Assembly (NCBI GenBank): GCA_035317605.1
Contig: DATHGT010000258.1
Location: 18,477 to 82,476, forward strand
Direction: 5' to 3'
Origin: Candidatus Acidiferrum sp.
GTDB lineage: Bacteria > Methylomirabilota > Methylomirabilia > Rokubacteriales > CSP1-6
DNA length: 64,000 nt
Part shown: in pieces, positions 37,798-46,231 of the stretch
Layout: each line of letters starts with the position of its first letter
Position numbering within the stretch: position 1 is the first letter of the stretch
Notes under the pieces: model-generated
Database searches by the model: none
Told to the model about the DNA's origin: nothing
The model's input: only the letters and a program-made list of their open reading frames with translations
Made by a program: the position numbers and the translations under genes

Positions 37798-38706
37798 TCA
37801 CTTGATCAGGAACTCCGCGCGGCGGTTGCGGGCCCAGCAGGATTCCGCCTTCTCCCGGCAGAGCGGGCGTTCGACGCCGTAGCTGGTGACGGTCATGCGG
37901 GTCTCCGCGATCCCGCGGGCGAGCAGGTAGGCTTTCGTGGCCAGCGCGCGGCGCTCGCCGAGGGCGAGGTTGTACTCGGCGGTGCCGCGCTCGTCGCAGT
38001 GGCCCTCGATCAGGACCTGCCGGTCCGGATTGACGCGCAACCAGTCGGCGTTGGCGTCGAGGATCGCGGCGTCGCCGGGCCGGATGTCGGCGCGATCGAA
38101 GTCGAAGTTGATGGTCCGCACGCCGGCCGTGGCGCGGAACTCGGTGGGCGGCGGAGCATCGCGCCGAGGGGGCGACGCTGGTTCCGCGGGCGGCGCGGGC
38201 GCGATGGCGACCGGCGGTGCCTCGACCGGACGCGGTCGTTCGACCGGCGGCGCGGGGGCGGTCGGGGCCGTCGCGACCTGCGCGATCTGGCGCCTGAGGT
38301 CGAAGCGCACGGGAGGGTCCGAGCCCAGGACGTAGCCAAGCATCCGGTCGCCGAGCACGACCAGCTCGGCCTCGAAATGCTCGCCTCCGAGCTCGTGCCA
38401 CAGCCGCACCCGGTTGCCCGAGACGTCGAAGAGCATTTTCATTCCGGTGAGCCCCGAGTCGCGGGCGACGTCGGGGACGGAGTGGGACGCCAGCGCTCCC
38501 TCCATGATCAGCCGCCCCGTGCCCCTCGCCCCCGCCTGGACGAGATCGAGCGTGGTGTCTTCCTCGCGCGGGATCAGCCCCGCGCCGGAGCCCAGCCACA
38601 ATCCCGCCCACCGCCCGGTCACGTCGACCGACGCCGGCGGCCTTGCCGTCACACATCCCGTGACCAATCCCGCCACCAGCACTGCCGCCGCCAGTCCCCT
38701 CATCAT
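37798..38706 (-). CDS. Lipoprotein with C-terminal OmpA/Pal-like peptidoglycan-binding domain
   Basis: The lipobox is LVAGLVTGC. A Pro/Ala-rich linker follows. The OmpA_C motif region is TINFDFDRADIRPG...LIEGHCDERGTAEYNLALGERRA. Confidence 0.8.
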   Translation of the reverse strand: MMRGLAAAVLVAGLVTGCVTARPPASVDVTGRWAGLWLGSGAGLIPREEDTTLDLVQAGARGTGRLIMEGALASHSVPDVARDSGLTGMKMLFDVSGNRVRLWHELGGEHFEAELVVLGDRMLGYVLGSDPPVRFDLRRQIAQVATAPTAPAPPVERPRPVEAPPVAIAPAPPAEPASPPRRDAPPPTEFRATAGVRTINFDFDRADIRPGDAAILDANADWLRVNPDRQVLIEGHCDERGTAEYNLALGERRALATKAYLLARGIAETRMTVTSYGVERPLCREKAESCWARNRRAEFLIK

Positions 38707-38725
38707 CGGTCTCCCTCCGAGGGCG

Positions 38726-38908
38726 CTAATCGCTCGAGAGCTTTCCGTTGTGGCCCCAGTCGGACTTCTCGATGTCCTGAAAGACGATGTGCACGGCGTC
38801 GGGCGTGGTCTTGCCGATCTTCACCATCGCCTCGGTGATGGCGGCGGTCAGCTGCCGCTTCTGGTCCTGCGTGCGTCCGGCGAACCACTGGATCGTGATG
38901 TTGGGCAT
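38726..38908 (-). CDS. 4-oxalocrotonate tautomerase-family protein
   Basis: MPNITIQWFAGRTQDQKRQL..., 60 aa, with the catalytic N-terminal Pro after Met. Confidence 0.8.
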   Translation of the reverse strand: MPNITIQWFAGRTQDQKRQLTAAITEAMVKIGKTTPDAVHIVFQDIEKSDWGHNGKLSSD

Positions 38909-38922
38909 GGCCTCTCCTTCGC

Positions 38923-39534
38923 GTGCGCGTGGGCGCGAGTCGTGATGGTGGCGCGATTATACTGGACGCCGTGAGCGTGCAGTATCGCGAGGAGCCCTGC
39001 CGCGGCGCGCTGAACCGCGTGACCGGCATGCCGTTTCAATGGTCGCTCAACCCGTACATGGGCTGCGTCCACCGCTGCACGTTCTGCTACGTGCGGGCCT
39101 TCGAGCGCCGGGCCGATCGCCCGTCCGACGATCGCTACGGGCAGACCATCCGGGTCAAGGTCAACGTCGCCGCCGTGCTCGCGCGCGAGCTGGCGCGCGC
39201 CTCGTGGAAGCGCGAGCTGGTCGCGGTCGGCGCCGCCACCGATCCCTATCAGCCCGCCGAGGGCCGCTACCGGCTCACCCGCGGCTGCCTCGAAGCGCTG
39301 GCCCGCGCCCGCAATCCCCTGAGCCTCATCACCTTCGAACGCCTCGCGCGCGACTGGCCGGAGGAACTGCAGCGCTACCAGCGCCTCTATCCGCGCGCCT
39401 ACCTCGACACGCGCGACGCCGAGCCGATTCGCGCCGAGGTCGCGAGGCTGCGCGCGCACTACGCCATCGCGGACCGGCGAGGCGAGCGTCTCGAGCCCGC
39501 GCCCGCCCCCGAGCAGCTCTCGCTCGCGGTCTGA
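38923..39534 (+). CDS. Radical SAM protein of the SplB / Rv2578c-like (DNA-photolyase-like) family, apparently truncated
   Basis: WSLNPYMGCVHRCTFCYVRAFE is the CxxxCxxC radical-SAM motif in its family-typical context. The product is only ~203 aa (family members are ~340 aa). The sequence after residue ~120 no longer follows the TIM-barrel core, suggesting a possible internal deletion or gene remnant. The start (GTG 38923 or ATG 39028) is uncertain. Confidence 0.5.
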   Translation: MRVGASRDGGAIILDAVSVQYREEPCRGALNRVTGMPFQWSLNPYMGCVHRCTFCYVRAFERRADRPSDDRYGQTIRVKVNVAAVLARELARASWKRELVAVGAATDPYQPAEGRYRLTRGCLEALARARNPLSLITFERLARDWPEELQRYQRLYPRAYLDTRDAEPIRAEVARLRAHYAIADRRGERLEPAPAPEQLSLAV

Positions 39535-39551
39535 GTGCGGGCGCCGTCACG

Positions 39552-40295
39552 ATGCGCGTCGTCGCGTGGAACATCCGTGCGGGAGGCGGCGTGCGGGCGC
39601 GTCGGATCGGCCGGCAGATCGCCCGCTGGGCGCCGGACGTGGTCGTGCTCTCGGAATTCCGGGCGACCCCGCCAAGCTGTGCGCTGGCCGCCGCGCTGGC
39701 GGCAGGTGGCTGGCCGCATCAGCTCACCACCGCGGACACGCGCGCGCCGGGGATCAACGCGCTGCTCGTCGCCGCGCGGTGGCCGCTCCGGCGCATCCGG
39801 CTGCGGAGGGCTCCCGTCGAGCCCCACCGCTGGCTCGTGGCGGCTGTCGAGTCGCCGCTGCCGCTCGTGGTGGGCGCCATGCACGTGCCCAATCGCGTGA
39901 GCGGACGGAAGTATCCGTTCCTGGACGCCGTGCTGTCCTGCGCCCGCGGCTGGCGAAGGGGCCCGGCCCTGCTGGTGGGCGACACCAACTCCGGCCGCCG
40001 CGGCCTCGACGAAGAGGTGCCGGTGTTCAGCGTCCGCGAGGAAGGGTGGATCGACGGGCTGGGCGGCTGCGGCTGGCGCGACGCGTTCCGTCACCTGCGC
40101 GCCGAGGAGCGGATGTACACGTGGTACTCGCCGAACGGCGCCAACGGATTTCGCATCGACCAGGCCTTCGTGAACGCGCCGCTGCTGGCCCGGCTGAAGG
40201 AAGCGGCGTACGTCTGGGGCGGGCCCCGGCGCGGAGCCCGCCGTGACGTCCTGAGCGACCACGCCGCCCTGATCGTCGACCTCGCGGAAATCTAG
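39552..40295 (+). CDS. Endonuclease/exonuclease/phosphatase (EEP) family protein
   Basis: The protein shows MRVVAWNIRAGGG...VVLSEF...GDTNSG...SDHAALIVDL, typical EEP catalytic motifs. It is the C-terminal 247 codons of ORF 39039..40295. Confidence 0.75.
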   Translation: MRVVAWNIRAGGGVRARRIGRQIARWAPDVVVLSEFRATPPSCALAAALAAGGWPHQLTTADTRAPGINALLVAARWPLRRIRLRRAPVEPHRWLVAAVESPLPLVVGAMHVPNRVSGRKYPFLDAVLSCARGWRRGPALLVGDTNSGRRGLDEEVPVFSVREEGWIDGLGGCGWRDAFRHLRAEERMYTWYSPNGANGFRIDQAFVNAPLLARLKEAAYVWGGPRRGARRDVLSDHAALIVDLAEI

Positions 40296-40415
40296 CCGCT
40301 AGCTCGGCAGCTGCGCCAGGAACTCGCGGAGCGCGGGCGTAGGCCAGGGTCAGCTCCGGCAGATCCCCCCGTTGTCGAGCGTGAAGTTCTTGGTCGTGAA
40401 CGTGGCGGATCTTCC

Positions 40416-40763
40416 TCAGCGGGACGGCCAGCCCTTGGCCATCTCGGCGCGGGCGTCGGGGCCGGCGTGGACGCGGTAGAGCACCATGCGCGTGAGGGCC
40501 GAGACCTGGTGGATTTCCCCCGCCGGGAAGATCACGGTGTCGCCCGGCTTGAGCGTGCGCTGCTCCGTGCCGTCGTTGAAGAGCCCCTCGCCCTCCAGCA
40601 CGTGGTAGATCTCGTCGCAGGTGGGATGCGAGTGGATCGGCGAGATCTGCCCCGCCTCCCACCCCACCACGCTGATCGCGCTGTACTGGGTCTCGGACAG
40701 CGTCTTGTACACGTGATGGGTGGGCGAAAACTCCTTCGACCCGTGCAGGTCCAGGATCTTCAT
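40416..40763 (-). CDS. Cupin-domain protein
   Basis: MKILDLHGSK...ISPIHSHPTCDEIYHVLEGEG...GDTVIFPAGEIHQV. The ATG overlaps the MBL stop (ATGA). Confidence 0.75.
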   Translation of the reverse strand: MKILDLHGSKEFSPTHHVYKTLSETQYSAISVVGWEAGQISPIHSHPTCDEIYHVLEGEGLFNDGTEQRTLKPGDTVIFPAGEIHQVSALTRMVLYRVHAGPDARAEMAKGWPSR

Positions 40764-41620
40764 GGCTCGGCTCCCCAGGCGCCGCCGGCGTGGATGCCGG
40801 CGCGCGTGACGTAGTCGTAGAGGTTGGCGGCGTTCATCTGCATCACGCGCGGGGCCATGCCGTCCTGCTCGACGTCCATCGGATAGCGAGCGGTCATGGC
40901 CGTGAGGTTCCGGACCGCGTCGTCCTTGCTCATCCCCTTGCCGACGGCGCCGCGGACGTATTCGACCCACTCCTGGATGTAGGCGCGCTGCTCGTCCAGA
41001 TAGCGCTTGTCGCAGACCGGCCCGTGGCCGGGGACGAACGTGTCCTGACGGAGACGGCGGAGCAAGTCGAGCGCCTCGAACCAGCGATCGGGGTCGCCCT
41101 CCTGGATCCACGTCTGGCACTTGCAAAAGATGTTGTCGCTGGTGAAGACCACGCCTTCTTCCTCCACGATGACCGCGGCCTGGTAGGGCGTGTGGCCGGG
41201 CATGCTCACCAGGCGAAACGTGTGGTCGCCCACGTGCAGGGTCATCTCCCGGTCGAACGTGATGACCGGCGCATTGGCCTTGTATCCCTCGAGCAGCTTG
41301 TCCTCGCCGGGGCCGAACGTGGCCACCCGCGCCAGCATCTCCGGCATGTTGGTCTCGAGGATGCGCTGGCGCACGCCCTGGTGGGCGACGACCGGCACGT
41401 CGAAGTACGCGTTCGACGTCCAGTGGTCGCCGTGCGGCTCGGTGTTCAGGATGTAGCGGAGCGGCTGGCCGCGCCGCTCGACCTCGGCCTTGAGCCGCAG
41501 CGTGTCGCTGGGCTTGTGCGGCCCGTCGATCAGCACGAGCCCGTCGGACGTCGCGACGAGCCCGTGGTTCGAGCCGCGCTGTTCGGTCTCCACGAACACG
41601 TTCTTCGTGAGCTGCTTCAT
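40760..41620 (-). CDS. Metallo-beta-lactamase-fold hydrolase
   Basis: The HxHxDH motif is ILNTEPHGDHW, with downstream His/Asp ligands (MPGHTPYQ, VPGHGP). GGAGG sits 6 nt before ATG 41620. It is the C-terminal 286 codons of ORF 40760..43270. Confidence 0.8.
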   Translation of the reverse strand: MKQLTKNVFVETEQRGSNHGLVATSDGLVLIDGPHKPSDTLRLKAEVERRGQPLRYILNTEPHGDHWTSNAYFDVPVVAHQGVRQRILETNMPEMLARVATFGPGEDKLLEGYKANAPVITFDREMTLHVGDHTFRLVSMPGHTPYQAAVIVEEEGVVFTSDNIFCKCQTWIQEGDPDRWFEALDLLRRLRQDTFVPGHGPVCDKRYLDEQRAYIQEWVEYVRGAVGKGMSKDDAVRNLTAMTARYPMDVEQDGMAPRVMQMNAANLYDYVTRAGIHAGGAWGAEP

Positions 41621-43425
41621 GGGGCACCTCCATTGGTGGCTCGCCTCGGACGGCGCGTCGGCCGTGGGGGCGGCTCGCTCCTGGGTGGAACGATCGGCAG
41701 CAGCACGTGCGATCGGCGGCCCGGCCCGCAGTGGATCGTGACCGTGCTGCCGAAGATCTCGGGGGGACGATCCCCGGCGTCGTCGTGCTTGAACGGTCCG
41801 ACGCCGGTGAACACGGCGCCGAGCGTACCGAGCCCGACGCTGGGACCGCCGGGATACTCGTAGTCGCGTCCGCGCACGGTCAGGCCGATGCGATGACCGG
41901 CCGGGACCACGATCGAGGTCGGCCAGATCTCGACGTCCAGCTCGTAGACCTGACCGGGCCGCAGCGGCTGCTTCTCGTCGTGGGTGTGATACGGCCGGTA
42001 CGGCAGGGCGAGCGCCTCGTCGAGCTTTCGGTGCGACGCGCGCAGCCAGCCCTGGGCGATCGGCGTGTGGGGATCGAGGGCGCCCTGGTAGGTGATCTCC
42101 CGCATGTTCGGGCTGAACACGCGCAGGACCAGGAAGAGGTCGGCGTCGGTGCTCGCCGACGAGACGAACAGCTTGGCCGCGATCGGCCCGGTGATCTCGG
42201 TCTCCCGCGGCAGCGGCGCGGTGAGAAACGTCACGCCGTCGCCGAGCCCCGCGTAGCGCACGCTCGCGTTGCGGGCCAGCGGCGAGCGGCCGAGCGTGTG
42301 GCCGGCCGGGTCGAGATAGAGCTTCGTCCACTGCGTGCGGGCCAGCGGCCACTCGCGCTCGGCGCGCTCGACGAACCGTTCGCCCGGGTGGCGCACCTGG
42401 AGCAGCACCTTCGGCTGCTTGCTCCACCCCGTATCCTCGCCCTTGAGGAAGTGGCCGAAGAACTTCTTCTGGAGCGCGACTCCATAGTCCGTATAGAAAT
42501 GGGTCCAGTGCTCGATCCCGTGCACCTCCAGCCACTTCTGCCGGGACGCCGAGCGCACGAAGCCCTCGAAGTTGCCGCGCGGGTGCAGGCCCTGCCCGCC
42601 CCAGTTCGCCGCCGAGAACAGTGGGACCTTTACCCTGGACCAGTCGGGCATGCGCGAGCGCCAGTACTCGTCGCTGGCCAGCGAGCTCTGCCGGCAGTCG
42701 GCCCAGAAGTCGCGGCGGGTCGCGCCCAGCTCTTCCTCGGTGAGGGTCGGCGGCCCCGAGACCCAGTCGCCGGTCAGGCGCGACCGATAGCCCCGCGCGC
42801 CGAGGCCGTGCTGGACGCGGATGACCTGCGAGGGAAACCACGCGCGTCCGAACGCGCACAGGATCCCGCCGTGATGGCTGAGGTCGCGGTAGTAATCGGC
42901 CGCGCCCTCCCACACGCAGATGGCGGCGAGGTGCGGCGGCTGGAGCGCGGCGGCCTGCCACTGGTTCATCGCGTAGTACGAGATGCCGTTGAGCCCGACC
43001 TTGCCGTTGCTCCACGGTTGGGCCGCCGCCCACTCCACGCAGTGATAGAGATCCTGGGCCTCGCGGGCCGACCAGAGGTCGAGGAAGCCCGGCGAGCGTC
43101 CGGCCCCCCGCGAGTCCACGCGGACGCACGCGTAGCCGTCGGGCACCCACTTCTCGGGATCGACGACTTCCCAGTTCTGATACTTGTTCGTCGACCCCGC
43201 GACCACGTCGGGATGCTCGTCGGCCATGCGCCGCCACTGATCGGTGTAGAGGTCCTCGAAGTGCAGCCACTTGCCGTACGGGCCATACGTCAGGATCACC
43301 GGGTGCTGGCCGTCGTCCGGCGGTCGGTAGACGTCGCCGCGCAGGACGGTCCCGTCGTCCATCGTGATGGGAACGTCCCAGTCGATGCGCATGCCGTCCC
43401 GCACGTCGGTCTTGAAATCCGTCAC
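41617..43425 (-). CDS. CocE/NonD-family hydrolase (X-Pro dipeptidyl-peptidase S15-like alpha/beta hydrolase)
   Basis: The protein shows YRPPDDGQHPVILTYGPYGK...VRVDSRGAGRSPG...GKVGLNGISYYA, 602 aa. Confidence 0.85.
   Translation of the reverse strand: MTDFKTDVRDGMRIDWDVPITMDDGTVLRGDVYRPPDDGQHPVILTYGPYGKWLHFEDLYTDQWRRMADEHPDVVAGSTNKYQNWEVVDPEKWVPDGYACVRVDSRGAGRSPGFLDLWSAREAQDLYHCVEWAAAQPWSNGKVGLNGISYYAMNQWQAAALQPPHLAAICVWEGAADYYRDLSHHGGILCAFGRAWFPSQVIRVQHGLGARGYRSRLTGDWVSGPPTLTEEELGATRRDFWADCRQSSLASDEYWRSRMPDWSRVKVPLFSAANWGGQGLHPRGNFEGFVRSASRQKWLEVHGIEHWTHFYTDYGVALQKKFFGHFLKGEDTGWSKQPKVLLQVRHPGERFVERAEREWPLARTQWTKLYLDPAGHTLGRSPLARNASVRYAGLGDGVTFLTAPLPRETEITGPIAAKLFVSSASTDADLFLVLRVFSPNMREITYQGALDPHTPIAQGWLRASHRKLDEALALPYRPYHTHDEKQPLRPGQVYELDVEIWPTSIVVPAGHRIGLTVRGRDYEYPGGPSVGLGTLGAVFTGVGPFKHDDAGDRPPEIFGSTVTIHCGPGRRSHVLLPIVPPRSEPPPRPTRRPRRATNGGAP
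41637..41654 (-). promoter_or_regulatory. 18-nt motif GGCTCGCCTCGGACGGCG, copy 1 (17 nt upstream of the MBL start codon)
   Basis: An identical 18-mer occurs at 45169..45186 in the same position relative to the thioredoxin-like gene start and SD. Confidence 0.4.
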
Positions 43426-43428
43426 TCG

Positions 43429-44427
43429 CTATCTCCCCGCAACGTCGGCCGCGCGGCCGGTCCTGGCGGATTCCACGATGGCCTCGAGCACCGCGATGTT
43501 GGCGATACCTTCCTCACCCGAGACCTCGGGCCGCCCGCGCTCGCGTACGCAGCGCGCGAATTCCTCCAGCTCCTCGACCAGCGGCTCGGTCGCATCCAGC
43601 GGCACCGCCGAGCGCTCGGACTCGCCCCGGCGCAGGATCGACAGACGCGTGCCGCGGGCCTCGTACCAGGCCTGGGCCTCGGTCCCGTGGACGCCGATCC
43701 ACTCCGTTCGGGTGGCGGGCAGCCACGAGGTGCCGAGATACCCGAGCGCGCCCGACGCGAACTCGAACAGGATCGAGGTGACGTCCTCGACGTCGATCTC
43801 GAGCACGAGCCGGCGCGACATCGCCATCACCCTGGCGATGGGCCCGAGCAGATATTGATACGTGTCGACGTGGTGGATGCCGAGGCTGGTCATGGCCCCG
43901 CCCGGCGTCTCCGCGCGGTCGGCCCGCCACATGCCGGCCCGGATCGTGGTCGCGAAGGCGTAGTCAGCCGACATGTTGCCCTCGATCTGGCCGACGCGTC
44001 CGAGCGCGCCCTCGGCGATGAGCCGCTTGAGGCCGCGGCTCGCCGGCAGCCGGCGCCGCTGGTGGCCGAGGGCGAGGACCACGCCAGCGGCGCGGCACAC
44101 CTCGGTCGCGCGCCGCGCGTCGGCCACCGTGAGCGTGAACGGCTTGTCCACGAACACGTGCTTGCCGGCCCGCGCCGCCGCCACGATCTGCTCGGCGTGC
44201 AGGGAGTGCGGGGTGGTGATCACCACGCCCTCGACCTCGGGATCGGCGAGCACGGCGTCGAACGTGGGCACGTCGCGGCAGCCGTGCTTGCGCGCGAAAC
44301 CCGCACGGTGATCGGCCGAGCGGCTGGTACACGCCACCAGCGAAAGTCCGGTTCCCTGCCGTGCGGCGTCGGCCAGCGTGCCCGCCCACCGCCCCGTGCC
44401 GATCGACGCGACGCGGAGGGGCGTCAT
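43429..44427 (-). CDS. Gfo/Idh/MocA-family NAD(P)-dependent oxidoreductase
   Basis: LRVASIGTGRWAG is the Rossmann region, and the family fold runs throughout. Confidence 0.85.
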   Translation of the reverse strand: MTPLRVASIGTGRWAGTLADAARQGTGLSLVACTSRSADHRAGFARKHGCRDVPTFDAVLADPEVEGVVITTPHSLHAEQIVAAARAGKHVFVDKPFTLTVADARRATEVCRAAGVVLALGHQRRRLPASRGLKRLIAEGALGRVGQIEGNMSADYAFATTIRAGMWRADRAETPGGAMTSLGIHHVDTYQYLLGPIARVMAMSRRLVLEIDVEDVTSILFEFASGALGYLGTSWLPATRTEWIGVHGTEAQAWYEARGTRLSILRRGESERSAVPLDATEPLVEELEEFARCVRERGRPEVSGEEGIANIAVLEAIVESARTGRAADVAGR

Positions 44428-45146
44428 GCGCTCGCGGGAACGCCCAGCACGACACGCTCATGCAGCGCGCTGATGATCTCGTCGACGCCGGCGCACGCCC
44501 AGATCTTGAAGAAGGGCGACTGCTGGAGCGCGGTGAACTCGCGGTTGGAGCGCTCGCTGGTCTGCTCCGGCGTCTCGCCCGGCCGTGCGCCCCGGATGCG
44601 ACCGACCACCGAGTCCTTGTGATAGATCGCGGGGAACTCGACGTAGTGATAGAGGTATTTCAGGTCGCGCGTGTAGAAGACCGCGACCGGAATCGACTGC
44701 CACGTGCGGCCGTTCTTGTCGTTGAGGAACTCGGCCATGATGTCGGCGTTGCTGTCCGGCGTCTCGGCCAGGCTGGGCCGGGCGGCGCTGCTGAACTTCT
44801 GGCCGTCGCGCGGGAAGATGCGTAGCTCGAAGGGCGCGGCCTCGGCCACGCGCGCGAACACCGGCACGTCGCGGCGACAGTCCGACGACCACTCCTCCGA
44901 GATCACCAGCATCTTCGCGGGCCCGCCGGGCTGGGCGGCCAGCCACTCGAGCGCCTCGACCTGCTCGGGCTGAAGATGCGTCGCGTCGTACGTCGCGCGC
45001 AGGTGGCCGCTCTGGTCGCGCCGCTTGCTGCCCATCGAGCCCTCGCGCGCGAGGTTCTGCGGGGTGGCGACGAAGCGCACGTACTCGTCGAACGTCATGC
45101 CCTTGGCGAACCGCTCTGGTGTGACCACGCTCTGGCTGCGATCCAC
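44424..45146 (-). CDS. Thioredoxin-like-fold protein (family unassigned)
   Basis: The protein shows ...AKMLVISEEWSSDCRRDVPVFARV.... The SD AAGGAGG sits 6 nt before GTG 45146. Confidence 0.55.
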   Translation of the reverse strand: MDRSQSVVTPERFAKGMTFDEYVRFVATPQNLAREGSMGSKRRDQSGHLRATYDATHLQPEQVEALEWLAAQPGGPAKMLVISEEWSSDCRRDVPVFARVAEAAPFELRIFPRDGQKFSSAARPSLAETPDSNADIMAEFLNDKNGRTWQSIPVAVFYTRDLKYLYHYVEFPAIYHKDSVVGRIRGARPGETPEQTSERSNREFTALQQSPFFKIWACAGVDEIISALHERVVLGVPASA

Positions 45147-45168
45147 GATGAGCCTCCTTACTTTCTTA

Positions 45169-45186
45169 GGCTCGCCTCGGACGGCG
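45169..45186 (-). promoter_or_regulatory. 18-nt motif GGCTCGCCTCGGACGGCG, copy 2 (23 nt upstream of the thioredoxin-like start)
   Basis: See copy 1. Confidence 0.4.
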
Positions 45187-45219
45187 GGGCCCCAGCCCCG
45201 CGACGTCCTGCGGCTCGCA

Positions 45220-45732
45220 CTACATCGGGTTACTGAGACCGGCGACCACGGTGGCGCCGGTCAGCTTGCGAAACACCTCGGGCGAGGTCTTGATCTTGAG
45301 CGAGCGGCTGCCGCCGCCGAGGATGATCCACGGCAGGTCCATGAGCGTGTCGTCGACGTAGATCGGCAGCTCGGGCGGCAGCGCCAGCACGGTGACGCCG
45401 CCGATCATCATGCCGGTCAGCTCGCTCGTCTCCTCGGCCGAGGCGAACGAGATGCGCGCGGCGTTCATGAGCCGTCGCACCGTGTGGTTGCCGTCGAGCC
45501 GCCGCGTCGCCTTCACCACGCACGCCGCGTACTGCTTGGGCTCTTTCTTGGACGCGACGATGATCGTGTTCGCCGCGTGATCGGGTGAGCTGCCGTACTT
45601 CTCGCAATACGCCGCGGTATCGGCGAACGCGGGATCGATGCGGTGCGGCTCGTAGGGGATCCCGGTGGCGTTGAGCATTGCAATGACCCGCCGCTCGATC
45701 TCGTCCCCGTCGATCGTCGATTCAGGCCCCAC
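45220..45732 (-). CDS. YbaK/EbsC-type aminoacyl-tRNA deacylase domain protein
   Basis: The protein shows ...TIIVASKKEPKQYAACVV...MMIGGVTVLALP. Confidence 0.8.
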   Translation of the reverse strand: MGPESTIDGDEIERRVIAMLNATGIPYEPHRIDPAFADTAAYCEKYGSSPDHAANTIIVASKKEPKQYAACVVKATRRLDGNHTVRRLMNAARISFASAEETSELTGMMIGGVTVLALPPELPIYVDDTLMDLPWIILGGGSRSLKIKTSPEVFRKLTGATVVAGLSNPM

Positions 45733-45793
45733 GAGCCCCGTAGTCTGCCAGCTTTCGGGACTCGGCGGAAGGGGCGAGCTCAGCCGTGCCCGG

Positions 45794-46210
45794 TCAGGTC
45801 GCGCACGCGAGCAGCATGCGGGCGGGCCGGATGGTGCGGTCGAACGGATAGAATATGAGGCCGAGGTTCTCCAGGGTCACCACCCCGAGCAATGCCTCGT
45901 CGCCGGGCTCACCGAGAATGACCGGCGTGTGCCCATCGCCCTGCGGCAGATTGAGATGACATTCGGAGACGTCGCGCTCGATCTGCGTGCCGTCGGCCAG
46001 AACGAACGCCAGCCGACGTTTGGGCGTCAACCCAATGGCGCGCCAGACGTCGACCGGCAGCAGACTGTACTTGGCGCCGCTGTCCACCAGGAAACGAACC
46101 GGACGAGGCTCACCGGAAGGCCCGCTCACCACACCATCGACGTAGGTCAGTCCCATCGTGGTCACCTCCGCGACCAGTGTACGGACGGCGATGTCGGTGG
46201 CAATGCCCAA
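45794..46210 (-). CDS. Retropepsin-like (clan AA) single-domain aspartic protease
   Basis: FLVDSGAKYSLLP is the Asp-Ser/Thr-Gly-Ala active-site motif. The protein is ~138 aa. A paralog lies at 57786..58157. Confidence 0.6.
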   Translation of the reverse strand: MGIATDIAVRTLVAEVTTMGLTYVDGVVSGPSGEPRPVRFLVDSGAKYSLLPVDVWRAIGLTPKRRLAFVLADGTQIERDVSECHLNLPQGDGHTPVILGEPGDEALLGVVTLENLGLIFYPFDRTIRPARMLLACAT

Positions 46211-46231
46211 TATTGGATACGGTGACGCACG

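Noticed and set aside
40760-43270. 836-aa - strand ORF and 971-aa + strand ORF (41707..44622)
   Set aside because: The first is real only in its last 286 codons (MBL hydrolase); upstream it is out of frame with the CocE/NonD gene. The + strand ORF is antisense to three well-supported genes.
44424-45146. Thioredoxin-like protein (EEWSSDCRRD) as a fourth selenoprotein
   Set aside because: The frame is continuous with Ser codons, no in-frame TGA, and no split-ORF signature.
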